Notes under the pieces: model-generated
What the model saw: only the letters and a program-made list of their open reading frames with translations
Databases searched by the model: none
What the model was told of the DNA's origin: nothing
Assembly (NCBI GenBank): GCA_965200825.1
Contig: OZ241385.1
Span: 1,761,567-1,825,566, forward strand
Length of the DNA: 64,000 nt
Direction of reading: 5' to 3'
From: Rhodothermales bacterium
GTDB lineage: Bacteria; Bacteroidota; Rhodothermia; Rhodothermales; Bin80
In this document: positions 21,074 to 30,993 of the stretch, one piece after another
Numbering within the stretch: the first letter of the stretch is position 1
How the letters are laid out: each line of letters begins with the position of its first letter
Translations under genes and position numbers: made by a program

Positions 21074-21736
21074 ATGCGGCGCCATTTTGACAGAGACAAT
21101 TACACCACACACATACTTGCTGGGATAATTTTTGCGCAAGTATTGGTCCTGCTATGTATCAAGCTCTGGCCTCCCATCCTGACCCTAGAGCCTCTGGATA
21201 TAGTCTTTTCGAATTCGGAGACGATTCAAATGGAAGAGATAGTTCCTACTCGCCAAATTCGTCGAACACCACCTCCTCCTCCGCCTTTGCCACCTGTCAT
21301 CCGGCCAGAAGATGTCATTCTTGAGGACGAATTAATCCTTGACTTCGATCCGCTTGCATTGACTGGTCCCCCTACAGATACCCCTTCTCTGGACCCCATA
21401 GGCCCCTCAACCACGGGAATCAATACATCCGAGCCACCAAAACCAATTCGTGTGGTGACCCCCGAATATCCTCGGTCTGCACAGCGTCGGAAAATACGTG
21501 CGGAAATTATTATTGCATTCGTAGTTGATAAACACGGGCAAGTACAATCCCCTGAAATTCTTGAACGATACCTATTGAAAGAGGGCGAAAGTTCACGGAC
21601 CTTGGTGGATGAACTGGGATATGGACTTGAAGAAGCAGCAGTTAATGCTGCTCTACGATCGCTTTTTCGTCCTGCCAGAAAAAATGGGACTGCTGTTGAT
21701 AGTAATCACAAACTCTCGTTCAAATTCGGAATCTAA
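21074..21736 (+). CDS. Energy transducer TonB family protein
   Basis: N-terminal TM helix, Pro-rich spacer RRTPPPPPPLPPVIRPEDV, and a C-terminal TonB_C-like domain (PEYPRSAQRRKIRAEIIIAFVVDKHGQV...PARKNG). Confidence 0.8.
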   Translation: MRRHFDRDNYTTHILAGIIFAQVLVLLCIKLWPPILTLEPLDIVFSNSETIQMEEIVPTRQIRRTPPPPPPLPPVIRPEDVILEDELILDFDPLALTGPPTDTPSLDPIGPSTTGINTSEPPKPIRVVTPEYPRSAQRRKIRAEIIIAFVVDKHGQVQSPEILERYLLKEGESSRTLVDELGYGLEEAAVNAALRSLFRPARKNGTAVDSNHKLSFKFGI

Positions 21737-21930
21737 TTCTGTGGAAGGTCACGCCAGCGAGCATTTTCGATATTTTGCTCCCGTCCAAAATCATCTATGA
21801 ATGACGGACGCTTAGGTTTTGAATCTCGCTTTGGCTGATCAGCTTCTACAACTCTATACAGTCGCCAGCCTGCTTTCAAAATAAAATATCCAATCAATGT
21901 CAGTAAAATCGCTGTTCCCAATCCCATCAA
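21733..21930 (-). CDS. Possible small single-pass membrane protein
   Basis: 65-aa ORF with one hydrophobic helix (GLGTAILLTLIGYFILKAGW) and a charged tail. Convergent with tonB, overlapping it by 4 nt. No homology recognised. Confidence 0.3.
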   Translation of the reverse strand: MMGLGTAILLTLIGYFILKAGWRLYRVVEADQPKRDSKPKRPSFIDDFGREQNIENARWRDLPQN

Positions 21931-22327
21931 TGCAATTGTTAATGCAAGCGGCTATGAAAGAACTCAATTTCCCTATCCGAATGTTGAATGTAAGAGAATT
22001 TCAATAGATCTATTGGTTATGTCATGTACCCTAGGTAAGAAAAAAACCTATCATCAGAAGCTCTTGCAAACCTCTGTTTTCAGATAAAAAGCCCTCTCAG
22101 AGTAATGTTTATGCTCAATTTCGGGGGTTTTGTAAGAGATTCATCTATTTAAGTCTAATCCTTTACTGTTGATACGGAAAAGCTTTGAGGTAGATTCAGA
22201 TCTTGACTTTACTGTTCCTTGATCTAGGAATATTATTTGTTTCGGAGAGAGCCGGGAGATGAAATTCTTCTCGGTAACTATCGTTATCAAGATAATACAT
22301 ATTTCCCGATTTTGAGAAGCTGTATTT

Positions 22328-22340
22328 GGGGGGGGGGGGG
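22328..22340. repeat. G13 homopolymer tract in an orphan intergenic region
   Basis: Direct reading gives tgtattt-GGGGGGGGGGGGG-taggtttc. An A10 tract lies at 22472-22481. Confidence 0.95.
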
Positions 22341-22492
22341 TAGGTTTCTCCTGAAAAAAACAACTATAAATTTCTTAATCTATAAAGCTTTTGAATCCAA
22401 TATTCCCAATGAATAATTGCTATCAGCTGCTTTCCTCGCTGCCTCTGGATTCAATATTGTCAATCAAGGCCAAAAAAAAAATGTCTGGAAGG

Positions 22493-23026
22493 TTATCTCC
22501 CCGCTCCACCAACCCTTCCTTCAATCGTCAGTTTCCAAGAGCTTTTTATCAGATCAGCTTGGTCTTTACACCGCGCCAATACCTCTGATACAATTGCATT
22601 CACCGGGCTTGGGATATAGCTATTGGGAGCCAAGTCATGCCACGGCTGAAGCACAAATCGACGTTCCTGCAGCCTTGGATGCGGCAAGATAATGCGATCC
22701 GTACTACAGGTGATTCTCCCCAGTGTGAGAATATCTATATCTAGAGTCCTGGGAGCATAGGGACGTTGCCTCTGACGCTTCGCTTTTCGCTCAAGTTTCT
22801 GACAATAATCCAATAAATCATTCTTCCCCAAACGAGTGTGAACCTCAACCACCGCATTCAGAAAATCAGGAAATACATCTTCGGGATAAAGTGTATGCGC
22901 CGCTCCCTCATATACAGGCGAGCAGCGAAGATGTCCAGAAATTTTCTGTAAACCATCCACCGCCTGCTGTAACCTTGCCAAGCGATTTCCCAGATTTGAC
23001 CCCAGAGCTATAAATGCTATCTCCAT
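22493..23026 (-). CDS. folK: 2-amino-4-hydroxy-6-hydroxymethyldihydropteridine diphosphokinase (HPPK)
   Basis: IAFIALGSNLGNR, PRTLDIDILT, LILPHPRLQERRFVLQPW. Confidence 0.9.
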   Translation of the reverse strand: MEIAFIALGSNLGNRLARLQQAVDGLQKISGHLRCSPVYEGAAHTLYPEDVFPDFLNAVVEVHTRLGKNDLLDYCQKLERKAKRQRQRPYAPRTLDIDILTLGRITCSTDRIILPHPRLQERRFVLQPWHDLAPNSYIPSPVNAIVSEVLARCKDQADLIKSSWKLTIEGRVGGAGR

Positions 23027-23033
23027 ATACCTT

Positions 23034-23109
23034 TGGTACCCCCGCCAGGACTCGAACCCGGATATACGGCTTAGGAGGCCGTCGCTCTATCCTGTTGAGC
23101 TACAGGGGC
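23034..23109 (-). tRNA. tRNA-Arg (anticodon CCT), CCA encoded
   Basis: The reverse complement is GCCCCTGTAGCTCAACAGGATAGAGCGACGGCCTCCTAAGCCGTATATCCGGGTTCGAGTCCTGGCGGGGGTACCA. The anticodon arm is CGGC-CTCCTAA-GCCG. D and T arms fold by hand, with a G1-U72 wobble. Confidence 0.85.
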
Positions 23110-23760
23110 TGATTGGCTACGAAACTGGGCTATTCGTTCAGAAACGTTTCCTCCAAATATAGCACTTCCAGCCACGATCACATCTGCACCATTCCCAATG
23201 ACCTCGCATACGTTATCTGGACCAATCCCTCCATCAACTTCCAATAATACGTTGCTTTTACTATAATCTATCATGGATCTGAGTTGACGTACACGTTGAC
23301 TTGATTGGGGGATATATGATTGACCTGCAAACCCCGGGTATACCGACATGATCATCGCTACATCAATTTCATTGAGCCAGGGAATGAACTGATCCAGAGG
23401 AGTATCCGGATTCATTGTTAATCCAGGGCGACAGCCGAGTTTACGAATCCTGCGAAACGTATCGCCAAGCGCTTGACAAGCTTCTACATGCACGGTGACA
23501 ATATCTGCCCCTGCCTCTATGAATTCATCAACATATCGTTCGGGCTTGGTAATCATCAAGTGAACATCTAGTATAACACCACTCTTCTGCTTTAGAGGTT
23601 CGAGTGCTGCAACCGCGAGTGGTCCAAATGTGATGTTTGGCACAAAATGTCCATCCATCACATCAATATGTAACCAATCTGCCCCCGCATCAACCGCTTC
23701 CTCTGCGTGTGCTTCCAGCCTCGCAAAATCAGCCGAGAGAATTGAGGGTGCAATCAGCAT
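23071..23760 (-). CDS. rpe: Ribulose-phosphate 3-epimerase
   Basis: IAPSILSADFARL, HIDVMDGHFVPNITFG, and VDGGI. The last 13 codons (APVAQQDRATAS*) are the 5' half of tRNA-Arg, and the stop TAA lies in the anticodon loop. Confidence 0.9.
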   Translation of the reverse strand: MLIAPSILSADFARLEAHAEEAVDAGADWLHIDVMDGHFVPNITFGPLAVAALEPLKQKSGVILDVHLMITKPERYVDEFIEAGADIVTVHVEACQALGDTFRRIRKLGCRPGLTMNPDTPLDQFIPWLNEIDVAMIMSVYPGFAGQSYIPQSSQRVRQLRSMIDYSKSNVLLEVDGGIGPDNVCEVIGNGADVIVAGSAIFGGNVSERIAQFRSQSAPVAQQDRATAS

Positions 23761-23763
23761 GAT

Positions 23764-24789
23764 TTACGAAAAAACTGCAACACCGATCGCCATCACAAGC
23801 ACGTTCACTAGTGCCACCGGTAGCAGTACTTTCCAGCCAATCTGCATCAGTTGATTATACTTGAAGCGAGGAAGAGTCCAACGTACCCATAAGAACAGGA
23901 ATCCAAAGAAAGCCACCTTAACAAGTAAACTTCCAACCTGTAACAAGGAAAACCATATCGATCCGTCAAGAACAGGGAAAGCTGCAAGCAACTGAGGTTC
24001 AAACGGAATGAGATATCCCCCGAAGAAAAGTGTGGCAATCACAAATGAAGCTACGAACCAGTTTACGTATTCAGCAAGAAAGAACATACCAAACTTCATG
24101 CCGCTGTACTCAGTATGGTATCCACCTACCAATTCCTGCTCGGCTTCTGGCAAATCGAACGGGGCGCGGTTGGTCTCTGCAAAAGCAGTGATAATAAACA
24201 GGAGTGCACCAATTGGATTCCGGAAAAAATTCCATCCCAGAATCGCACTTCCCATCGCCTGATCCTCTACGATCTCCACAACACTTAGAGAGCCTGCAGT
24301 TATTACAACACTGACCACAGCCAACCCCATTGAGAGTTCATATGAGATCATCTGGGCACTAGACCGTAATCCTCCCAAAAGTGAAAATTTGCTGTTACTG
24401 CTCCATCCCGCCAAAGTGACCCCATAAACCGAAACACTAGTCAATGCCAGAATAATGAGTACGCCCACAGCACTATCTACGATCACAAAACCGCGGGCAT
24501 ATGGAATTAAGGCAGGAACAGTCATGGCAATCACCACCATGACCACCGGCGCAAGAGAATGCACAAATTTACTTGCACCTTCCGGAACCGTATCCTCCTT
24601 GAAGACAAGCTTGAATACATCCGCAAATGGCTGAAAGAACCCTCCCGGGCCAACCCGATTCGGTCCGGGTCTATTCTGTATGAATGCGGACACTTTTCGT
24701 TCGGCATACACCAAACAGGATGCCGATATAAGCATGAAGTTGATAATTCCAAAGCCAACCAAGGCCAATAATCCCGGGGATAGATCCAT
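23764..24789 (-). CDS. nuoH: NADH-quinone oxidoreductase subunit H
   Basis: AERKVSAFIQNRPGPNRVGPGGFFQPFADVFKL, AETNRAPFDLPEAEQELVGGYHTEYSGMKF. Confidence 0.95.
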   Translation of the reverse strand: MDLSPGLLALVGFGIINFMLISASCLVYAERKVSAFIQNRPGPNRVGPGGFFQPFADVFKLVFKEDTVPEGASKFVHSLAPVVMVVIAMTVPALIPYARGFVIVDSAVGVLIILALTSVSVYGVTLAGWSSNSKFSLLGGLRSSAQMISYELSMGLAVVSVVITAGSLSVVEIVEDQAMGSAILGWNFFRNPIGALLFIITAFAETNRAPFDLPEAEQELVGGYHTEYSGMKFGMFFLAEYVNWFVASFVIATLFFGGYLIPFEPQLLAAFPVLDGSIWFSLLQVGSLLVKVAFFGFLFLWVRWTLPRFKYNQLMQIGWKVLLPVALVNVLVMAIGVAVFS

Positions 24790-24792
24790 TTT

Positions 24793-26520
24793 TTAGCTGA
24801 TAACCTCGGTCTCAATGGCTGGAAGCGCAACCCCGCTCAAATCCATGGCACCATAGGTAGCTCCCTTAAATGCCGGAATGGTATCACTGATGAGTCGCAT
24901 GATTTTTCTGGGGCCTAGGGGGCCAGTTTTAGCTCCCAATGCTTTTAGAAGGATCGGTATGATTTCCCAACTGGGCTTGCAATCAATATAATGAGATTCA
25001 TTATGCCAGCGGTCAAAAGGGGTCCCGTGACGATCCGCACGACTAAGTCCCATCTGCATCATGAGAGTACGATTCATCCCCTTGATCACTTTGGCTGGGA
25101 CTACCCGCTGTGCACGCCCGGATTCATTCACATAGGTGCCAATCGTTTCGGCAACCATTGCTGCCGGCAACGCTACATCCGCTGTGGGCAATGTTTGATT
25201 CGTCGTGCTATAGTAGTGTAATATGACCTGAATATCCTCCAGAGACTCAATACTGCAGAGTTCCGAGGCAACGGGATCGTCCTCTAAAATGTAGATTGCC
25301 TGAAATTCTCCAGATTCTATTCGTGCCTGCCAGAGCGGAAAATCAATTGGGGCTAATCCCAGGCGTTCACATCCTTGAGCATTGGGAGTTCGATCATCTG
25401 TACGCAACCACCCATCACCATGCCCTGGCTCAATATGAGAAATATAACCTGCAACCTGTCCGCCAACTGCCTCCGCAAGCTGTATCAACATCCAGTTATC
25501 CTCAACCGTTGCATATGCAGAGGCTATAAATACCGTTTGTGTACCCGAGTTCTTCAGAATTTCCGTAACCCTCTGAAGAGAAGAATCCCATGAGGCTGAT
25601 TCGGTTTCACCATGGAGTGACGGTCCAAGCGGGCGATTCTCATTGAATCGATGATACGTCAAGCGATCTTCATCCGGAAGCCAGAATTCATTGACCTCCG
25701 GATTGGCCCGCGGTGTGATCCGTAAAACCAGATTGTCCCGTACCCATAGATCACAATTTGATCCTTTCGCATTGGTAGTCGTGATGGACGGTGTACTAGC
25801 CATCTCCCAAATCCTCGCCTGAAATCTGAAATCAACAGAGGTGAGTGCTCCTACCGGGCACAAATCAATCACATTCATGGAATAGAGTTCATCAAACGAA
25901 CCCCCTGGGGGTGTGATGGGGTAATTTTTGACACCTCGTTCAATAATCGTTAGCTGTCCACTCTTGGAAATTTCATCTGTGAAACGAACACATCTTGTAC
26001 AATTAATGCAACGCTCAGCATCAAGCACAACACGGGGGCCAAGCTTCACCTTTTTTGGCTTGTGGACCTTTCGGAATTCAAATCGTGATCCCTCCGGACC
26101 ATACTTATAGGCCTGAATTTGAAGCGGACAATGACCCGCCTGATCACAGATTGGACAATCCAGTGGATGATTGATCAGCAAAAATTCCAGAGTATCACGC
26201 TGGGCCTCCTCAACTTTCTTGCTTGAACGTGCGGTATGGACAACCTGTCCGTCTGATATGATATGGCTACAACTGGTCTGCAGCTTTGGGAAATATTGAA
26301 TCACCGGTTTTCCCTGTTCATCCAACCGAATCTCACCAGTTTCCCGATCACGGACAGGAGCACCAATATCCACAAGGCATTGCCGGCAGTTTGCCGGAAC
26401 AGACATCGAGGGATGGTAGCAAAAGTGAGGAAGTTCTATTCCGTGATCCAAACAAAACTGAAGTAAGCTCTGTGGGCCTTCAAATCCGTACTGCTTACCG
26501 TCTATTGTGACGTGTGGCAT
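24793..26520 (-). CDS. nuoG: NADH-quinone oxidoreductase subunit G (short form)
   Basis: N-terminal 2Fe-2S/4Fe-4S Cys motifs (HFCYHPSMSVPANCRQCLV, HPLDCPICDQAGHCPLQ, RCINCTRCVRF). The start was set to MPHVTIDGK (26520), which abuts the DUF4920 stop. Confidence 0.9.
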   Translation of the reverse strand: MPHVTIDGKQYGFEGPQSLLQFCLDHGIELPHFCYHPSMSVPANCRQCLVDIGAPVRDRETGEIRLDEQGKPVIQYFPKLQTSCSHIISDGQVVHTARSSKKVEEAQRDTLEFLLINHPLDCPICDQAGHCPLQIQAYKYGPEGSRFEFRKVHKPKKVKLGPRVVLDAERCINCTRCVRFTDEISKSGQLTIIERGVKNYPITPPGGSFDELYSMNVIDLCPVGALTSVDFRFQARIWEMASTPSITTTNAKGSNCDLWVRDNLVLRITPRANPEVNEFWLPDEDRLTYHRFNENRPLGPSLHGETESASWDSSLQRVTEILKNSGTQTVFIASAYATVEDNWMLIQLAEAVGGQVAGYISHIEPGHGDGWLRTDDRTPNAQGCERLGLAPIDFPLWQARIESGEFQAIYILEDDPVASELCSIESLEDIQVILHYYSTTNQTLPTADVALPAAMVAETIGTYVNESGRAQRVVPAKVIKGMNRTLMMQMGLSRADRHGTPFDRWHNESHYIDCKPSWEIIPILLKALGAKTGPLGPRKIMRLISDTIPAFKGATYGAMDLSGVALPAIETEVIS

Positions 26521-26521
26521 C

Positions 26522-26980
26522 TTATCTGGTTTCTTCCGGGGACACGCGAACACCGGACGCTATCATGGTCAGCGCCGGATCCTTTCCTGGAGCATCCTCC
26601 TGGAAATGTGCTTCCATATCCTCCTCAGTAACAGAGAGCGTTCCAAAGACTACAGCATGTCGGCCACTGATGTCAGTTGGTACAGTATATACATATTCGC
26701 CGCTCTCTTCAATCTCTGTATGGACACGAAGGCCATCTCCTGTCTCCAAACTTCGAAGCATAAGCCAACATCCATTCATTTGGCAGACTTCATGCACGGT
26801 ACCTGCAATGGCCATAGCTCGGTCCGTATAATTTGCAGGTTCAGCCAGGACCGCCTCCACTGGAATGGAATCGATACCATCCCCAGGATCCCCATATACA
26901 GAATCGCTCATGATCTCTGCACGATTACAAGCCGCTAAAAAAAAACAACTGATGATCAGGATATAATTTATTCGGAACAT
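26522..26980 (-). CDS. DUF4920-like lipoprotein embedded in the nuo operon
   Basis: MFRINYILIISCFFLAACN has a lipobox. The core is AIAGTVHEVCQMNGCWLMLR...YTVPTDISGRHAVVFGTL, which I recall as the DUF4920 pattern. It is packed between nuoF and nuoG with no spacer. Confidence 0.6.
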   Translation of the reverse strand: MFRINYILIISCFFLAACNRAEIMSDSVYGDPGDGIDSIPVEAVLAEPANYTDRAMAIAGTVHEVCQMNGCWLMLRSLETGDGLRVHTEIEESGEYVYTVPTDISGRHAVVFGTLSVTEEDMEAHFQEDAPGKDPALTMIASGVRVSPEETR

Positions 26981-26985
26981 TTTAC

Positions 26986-28284
26986 CTAGGCATTTACCGC
27001 CCAGACCGCTGGACGGCATCGACGTTCAAAATCTTCGCGGAATCGTTTGATTGTGTTTCGTACGGGCCACGCAGCAGCATCTGCTAACGCGCAGACTGTG
27101 CGCCCTTCCATCTGATCACAGAGGTCAAGTAGGAGATCCAAATCTCGCAAATTTCCTTCTCCATCGTCAATCCTGGTAATCAAATTCTCCATCCACCCGG
27201 TTCCTTCTCTGCATGGAGTGCACTGTCCACAGCTTTCATGGTGATAGAAATGGGCGACTCGCCTCAGAAATGCAACCATATCCGTGTCTTCATCCAAAAA
27301 CAGCATCCCTGCTGTGCCGAGCATAGATCCTGCCTCACGCAAGCTTTCTATATCCATAGTGACGCCTTCAATCATATCAGCACGAAGGACCGGGACGGAC
27401 GCCCCGCCGGGGATCAGTGCTTTCAGTTTCTTACCTCCACGCATCCCACCGGCAATTTCCAAGAGATCTGTAATCAGCATACCCGTTGGATACTCATATA
27501 CACCTGGCCGATTTACATGCCCCGAAATCCCATACAGAAGCGGGCCAGGATTCTTCTCTGCACCAATGCTGGCAAACCAGTCGGCGCCTCGCCCTAAAAT
27601 TAGAGGTGCACAGGCCAGTGTCTCTACATTATTGATTGTCGTCGGGCACTTCCATATGCCGGACTGCGCGGGAAATGGAGGCTTGATTCGGGGATAGGCG
27701 CGTTTCCCTTCCAGGGATTCCATCAAACTGGTTTCTTCTCCGCATATATAAGCCCCTGCCCCCTTATGAATAATGATGTCCATGTTGTGTTTCGTCCCCA
27801 ACATGTTCTTTCCCACCAACTTTGAATCATATGCATTCGCCAGTTCCTTTTGCATATGTGTGATCCAATCTGCATACTCTCCCCGAACATACAAGTAGCA
27901 TGCTTTCAGGGACATGGCGTACCCTGCAATCAGGATCCCTTCAAATAAAAGATGCGGGTTATATTCCATGAGCTGCCGATCCTTGAAGGTTCCGGGCTCG
28001 CTCTCGTCCGCATTGCAACACAGGTAGCGAGGAACATCCGGCTTGACAGGCGGCATAAAACTCCATTTGAGTCCAGTAGGAAACCCTGCTCCCCCCCTGC
28101 CTCGGAGGCTACTGCGCTTCATCTCGGCAGTCACATCCTGAGGTTCCATTTCTGTGAGAACCTTCTTTAATGTCTCGTATCCACCATGCTCCCGATACAC
28201 ATGCAACTGATGTAGATTTTTAATCGGGGGCAGAAGCACTCGCTGATAGGATTTCCAGTCGCCTGCTTTTGTCATAACAGCCAT
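26986..28284 (-). CDS. nuoF: NADH-quinone oxidoreductase subunit F
   Basis: GLRGRGGAGFPTGLKW, NADESEPGTFKDR, ESCGQCTPCREG. Confidence 0.95.
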   Translation of the reverse strand: MAVMTKAGDWKSYQRVLLPPIKNLHQLHVYREHGGYETLKKVLTEMEPQDVTAEMKRSSLRGRGGAGFPTGLKWSFMPPVKPDVPRYLCCNADESEPGTFKDRQLMEYNPHLLFEGILIAGYAMSLKACYLYVRGEYADWITHMQKELANAYDSKLVGKNMLGTKHNMDIIIHKGAGAYICGEETSLMESLEGKRAYPRIKPPFPAQSGIWKCPTTINNVETLACAPLILGRGADWFASIGAEKNPGPLLYGISGHVNRPGVYEYPTGMLITDLLEIAGGMRGGKKLKALIPGGASVPVLRADMIEGVTMDIESLREAGSMLGTAGMLFLDEDTDMVAFLRRVAHFYHHESCGQCTPCREGTGWMENLITRIDDGEGNLRDLDLLLDLCDQMEGRTVCALADAAAWPVRNTIKRFREDFERRCRPAVWAVNA

Positions 28285-28342
28285 GAATGTCTGATTCTGA
28301 ACTGATTTAATACCTTTGACTGCATGCGATCGAGGAAGCCAA

Positions 28343-29017
28343 TTATTGGGTTTGTCGAGATCTTGGGGGTGTCAAATAACGTCCCTCTGCATCTGCATCA
28401 GTCCGCCGATTTCCCCCCATTTCATCTTCGTCCTGTGGTAGGGTGATCGAGACAAAAGGCAAGGACTGTCCGGCTTCTAATGAGGCGAGTACTGTATCAA
28501 TTTTTTCAGGTGTTAGATTGTGCATGTAGGGTCCATTATCAACCTGCATCATGGGAGCGGAACCGCATGCCCCCAAGCACTCTACTTCCTGTAACGTATA
28601 CCGTCCGCATGCTGACGTATGTCCGCGCTTAACGTCCAGTTTTTCTTCCAGATAAGCAAGGATATCGTACCCACCACAGAACTGACATGAAAAGCATGTA
28701 CAGACATCAAAAACAATCTGCCCCTTCTTCTCTTTATAGTATTGGGTATAAAAGGTTGCAACTCCATAGACCTGTGCATAGGGTAGTGAAAGTTCGGTCG
28801 CGACCAACTGTAACACCTCAGGAGGAAGAAAACCGAATTTTTCTTGGGCAAGCCAAAGGGTCCACATTACGGCTCCGTCTGAAGTAGGATACTGGCTAAC
28901 CCAATCGGTAATTCTGGATTTTTCGTCCTCCGTAAATACGAGATCTTCCTCGGAGAAATGAGGTTCCGGATTTGGATTCGGAAGCTCTACAACGGGATTG
29001 CGTATAAACTCTGCCAT
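28343..29017 (-). CDS. nuoE: NADH-quinone oxidoreductase subunit E
   Basis: Thioredoxin-like 2Fe-2S pattern: VCTCFSCQFCG...ECLGACGSAPMMQV. Confidence 0.9.
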   Translation of the reverse strand: MAEFIRNPVVELPNPNPEPHFSEEDLVFTEDEKSRITDWVSQYPTSDGAVMWTLWLAQEKFGFLPPEVLQLVATELSLPYAQVYGVATFYTQYYKEKKGQIVFDVCTCFSCQFCGGYDILAYLEEKLDVKRGHTSACGRYTLQEVECLGACGSAPMMQVDNGPYMHNLTPEKIDTVLASLEAGQSLPFVSITLPQDEDEMGGNRRTDADAEGRYLTPPRSRQTQ

Positions 29018-29018
29018 G

Positions 29019-30335
29019 TTATCTGTCAGCCTCGCCCATTACTGGATCAATTGAACCAATCAATACCACAATATCAGCAACCGGGTGGCCTTCCATCATG
29101 GATTCCAATCCCTGCAGATTTGTGAACGATGGAGCATTTAGTCTTGCACGCCATGGACATCCCGTCCCGTCACTCTCAAGATAAAACCCTAATTCACCTT
29201 TTGGCGATTCGATGGCATGATAGGAGGTTGCTCCTTTCGGCGGGGCGACCCCTGTCTCTGTATACATGAAATCATGAATCATTCCCTCCATGGAATAATA
29301 CACTTCATCCTTGGATGGATACGCCTTCTTGGCATCATCTGTGCGAATGGGGCCATCCGGAAGGCGTTCTAGACACTGTTTGATGATCTTGATACTCTCA
29401 AGTATTTCTTCCACACGAATATGATATCGTGCAAGACAATCCCCTTCTTCGCGTAATGGGATGATAAAATCAACCTCGTCGTATTTCAGATAGGGTTCAA
29501 AGGTTCGGATATCATAGGGGATGCCACTACCTCGAAGATTTGGACCAGTGAGCCCAAGTTGAATAGCTTCGTCTGCATCAATAACCCCAATATCCTTGTT
29601 CCTGTCAATCCAGATCCGGTTACGGTTTAACAGTTTCTGCCATCCTTTGACAATTTCTTCGTAACGCGTTGCAAAATCCTGGATCATAGCGATTGCTTTG
29701 GGGCTCAGATCGGTTGCCAATCCACCAATACGACTATGGGATACCGTAAAGCGTGCGCCAGAAACTTCATCAAAAATATTGTAGAGATCCTCTCTTCCCT
29801 GAAATGTCCATAAAAAAACACTGACGGCCCCGGCGTCCATTAATCCAACTCCCAGCCAAAGGAAATGTGAGGAAATTCGGGCTAATTCACACATAATCAT
29901 CCGTATCCACTGGGCACGGTCAGGAACCTCAACATTGGCAATTTTTTCGACTGCCATACACCAAGCCACATTATTGGCATAGGGAGACAGGTAATCCATG
30001 CGGTCTGTGTAGGGCATGAATTCTTGGTAAGTCTTGCTCTCTGCCAGTTTTTCAATCCCCCTGTGCAAGTATCCGATATCGAGGACGCATTTTTCAATCC
30101 GTTCGCCATCAAGCTTCACCACACATCTAAGTACACCATGTGTGGCTGGATGTTGTGGGCCAATATTCAGGGTCATCTCGTGCTCAAGTGCATCCTCCAC
30201 ACGCGAAACTTCAATGCCCCGTTTCGTGCTCAGCCATGCATCTTTGCTCTCAAGCCGTTTGAGAAGAGTCTCATTGTGTCTTGGCCAGAACGAGAAGACT
30301 GTATCCTGATCGTGATAAGGCATGGTCTTGGGCAT
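29019..30335 (-). CDS. nuoD: NADH-quinone oxidoreductase subunit D
   Basis: LNIGPQHPATHGVLR, HRGIEKL, DRMDY, and a C-terminal IDPVMGEADR. The start was set to MPKTMPYHD, just after the nuoC stop. Confidence 0.95.
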   Translation of the reverse strand: MPKTMPYHDQDTVFSFWPRHNETLLKRLESKDAWLSTKRGIEVSRVEDALEHEMTLNIGPQHPATHGVLRCVVKLDGERIEKCVLDIGYLHRGIEKLAESKTYQEFMPYTDRMDYLSPYANNVAWCMAVEKIANVEVPDRAQWIRMIMCELARISSHFLWLGVGLMDAGAVSVFLWTFQGREDLYNIFDEVSGARFTVSHSRIGGLATDLSPKAIAMIQDFATRYEEIVKGWQKLLNRNRIWIDRNKDIGVIDADEAIQLGLTGPNLRGSGIPYDIRTFEPYLKYDEVDFIIPLREEGDCLARYHIRVEEILESIKIIKQCLERLPDGPIRTDDAKKAYPSKDEVYYSMEGMIHDFMYTETGVAPPKGATSYHAIESPKGELGFYLESDGTGCPWRARLNAPSFTNLQGLESMMEGHPVADIVVLIGSIDPVMGEADR

Positions 30336-30339
30336 CCGT

Positions 30340-30993
30340 TCAATGTTCGCGTTTAGGTTCCTGAAAACTCTTGACAGGGCTCCCATCGCGAGCAGCGGCA
30401 AAAGGATCCATTGTTAGTTCTCCTTCTGGAGTTCTTGGTGGTAAAGGGAGGGATCCAGGAACGCCCAGCAACGGAAACTCTTTACGCTGAGGGTGATACT
30501 CAAAATCCTCGGGCATATACATGCGGCGAAGGTCAGGATGGCCTTCAAAGCAAATCCCCAACATATCGTAACACTCTCGCTCATTCCAATCTGCTGCCTT
30601 GAAGAGTCCCGTCAGTGAAGGAACAACAGTATCCTCTTCCTCCAAACGAACTTTGAGTCTGAGCCGTTGACTTGTTTTGAGATTGACAAGGGAGTAGTAT
30701 ACTTCATAGCGAGGTGCATCTTCACGGAATTGATCAACTCCTGCCAAATCCACCAAATATGTAAATCCCAATGTATCCCTGAGTGCTGTACACACCTCCA
30801 ACAATGCATCTCGCGTCACAAATGCCGTATGCTCCCCCGCATACACGATTACATCTGTGATCGCGTCGGGGAACTCTTCTTTCAGGATCTCGATGACGCC
30901 TGTCACCGCAGTAGATGCTTTCTCGTGCACATTCTTTTCGTCTGCGCGCGCTTCGTCTACAGGGGTAAAATGAAACTTAAGTGACTCAGGCAT
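30340..30993 (-). CDS. nuoC: NADH-quinone oxidoreductase subunit C
   Basis: [39 protein letters not shown] is the classic 30-kDa subunit motif. Confidence 0.9.
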   Translation of the reverse strand: MPESLKFHFTPVDEARADEKNVHEKASTAVTGVIEILKEEFPDAITDVIVYAGEHTAFVTRDALLEVCTALRDTLGFTYLVDLAGVDQFREDAPRYEVYYSLVNLKTSQRLRLKVRLEEEDTVVPSLTGLFKAADWNERECYDMLGICFEGHPDLRRMYMPEDFEYHPQRKEFPLLGVPGSLPLPPRTPEGELTMDPFAAARDGSPVKSFQEPKREH

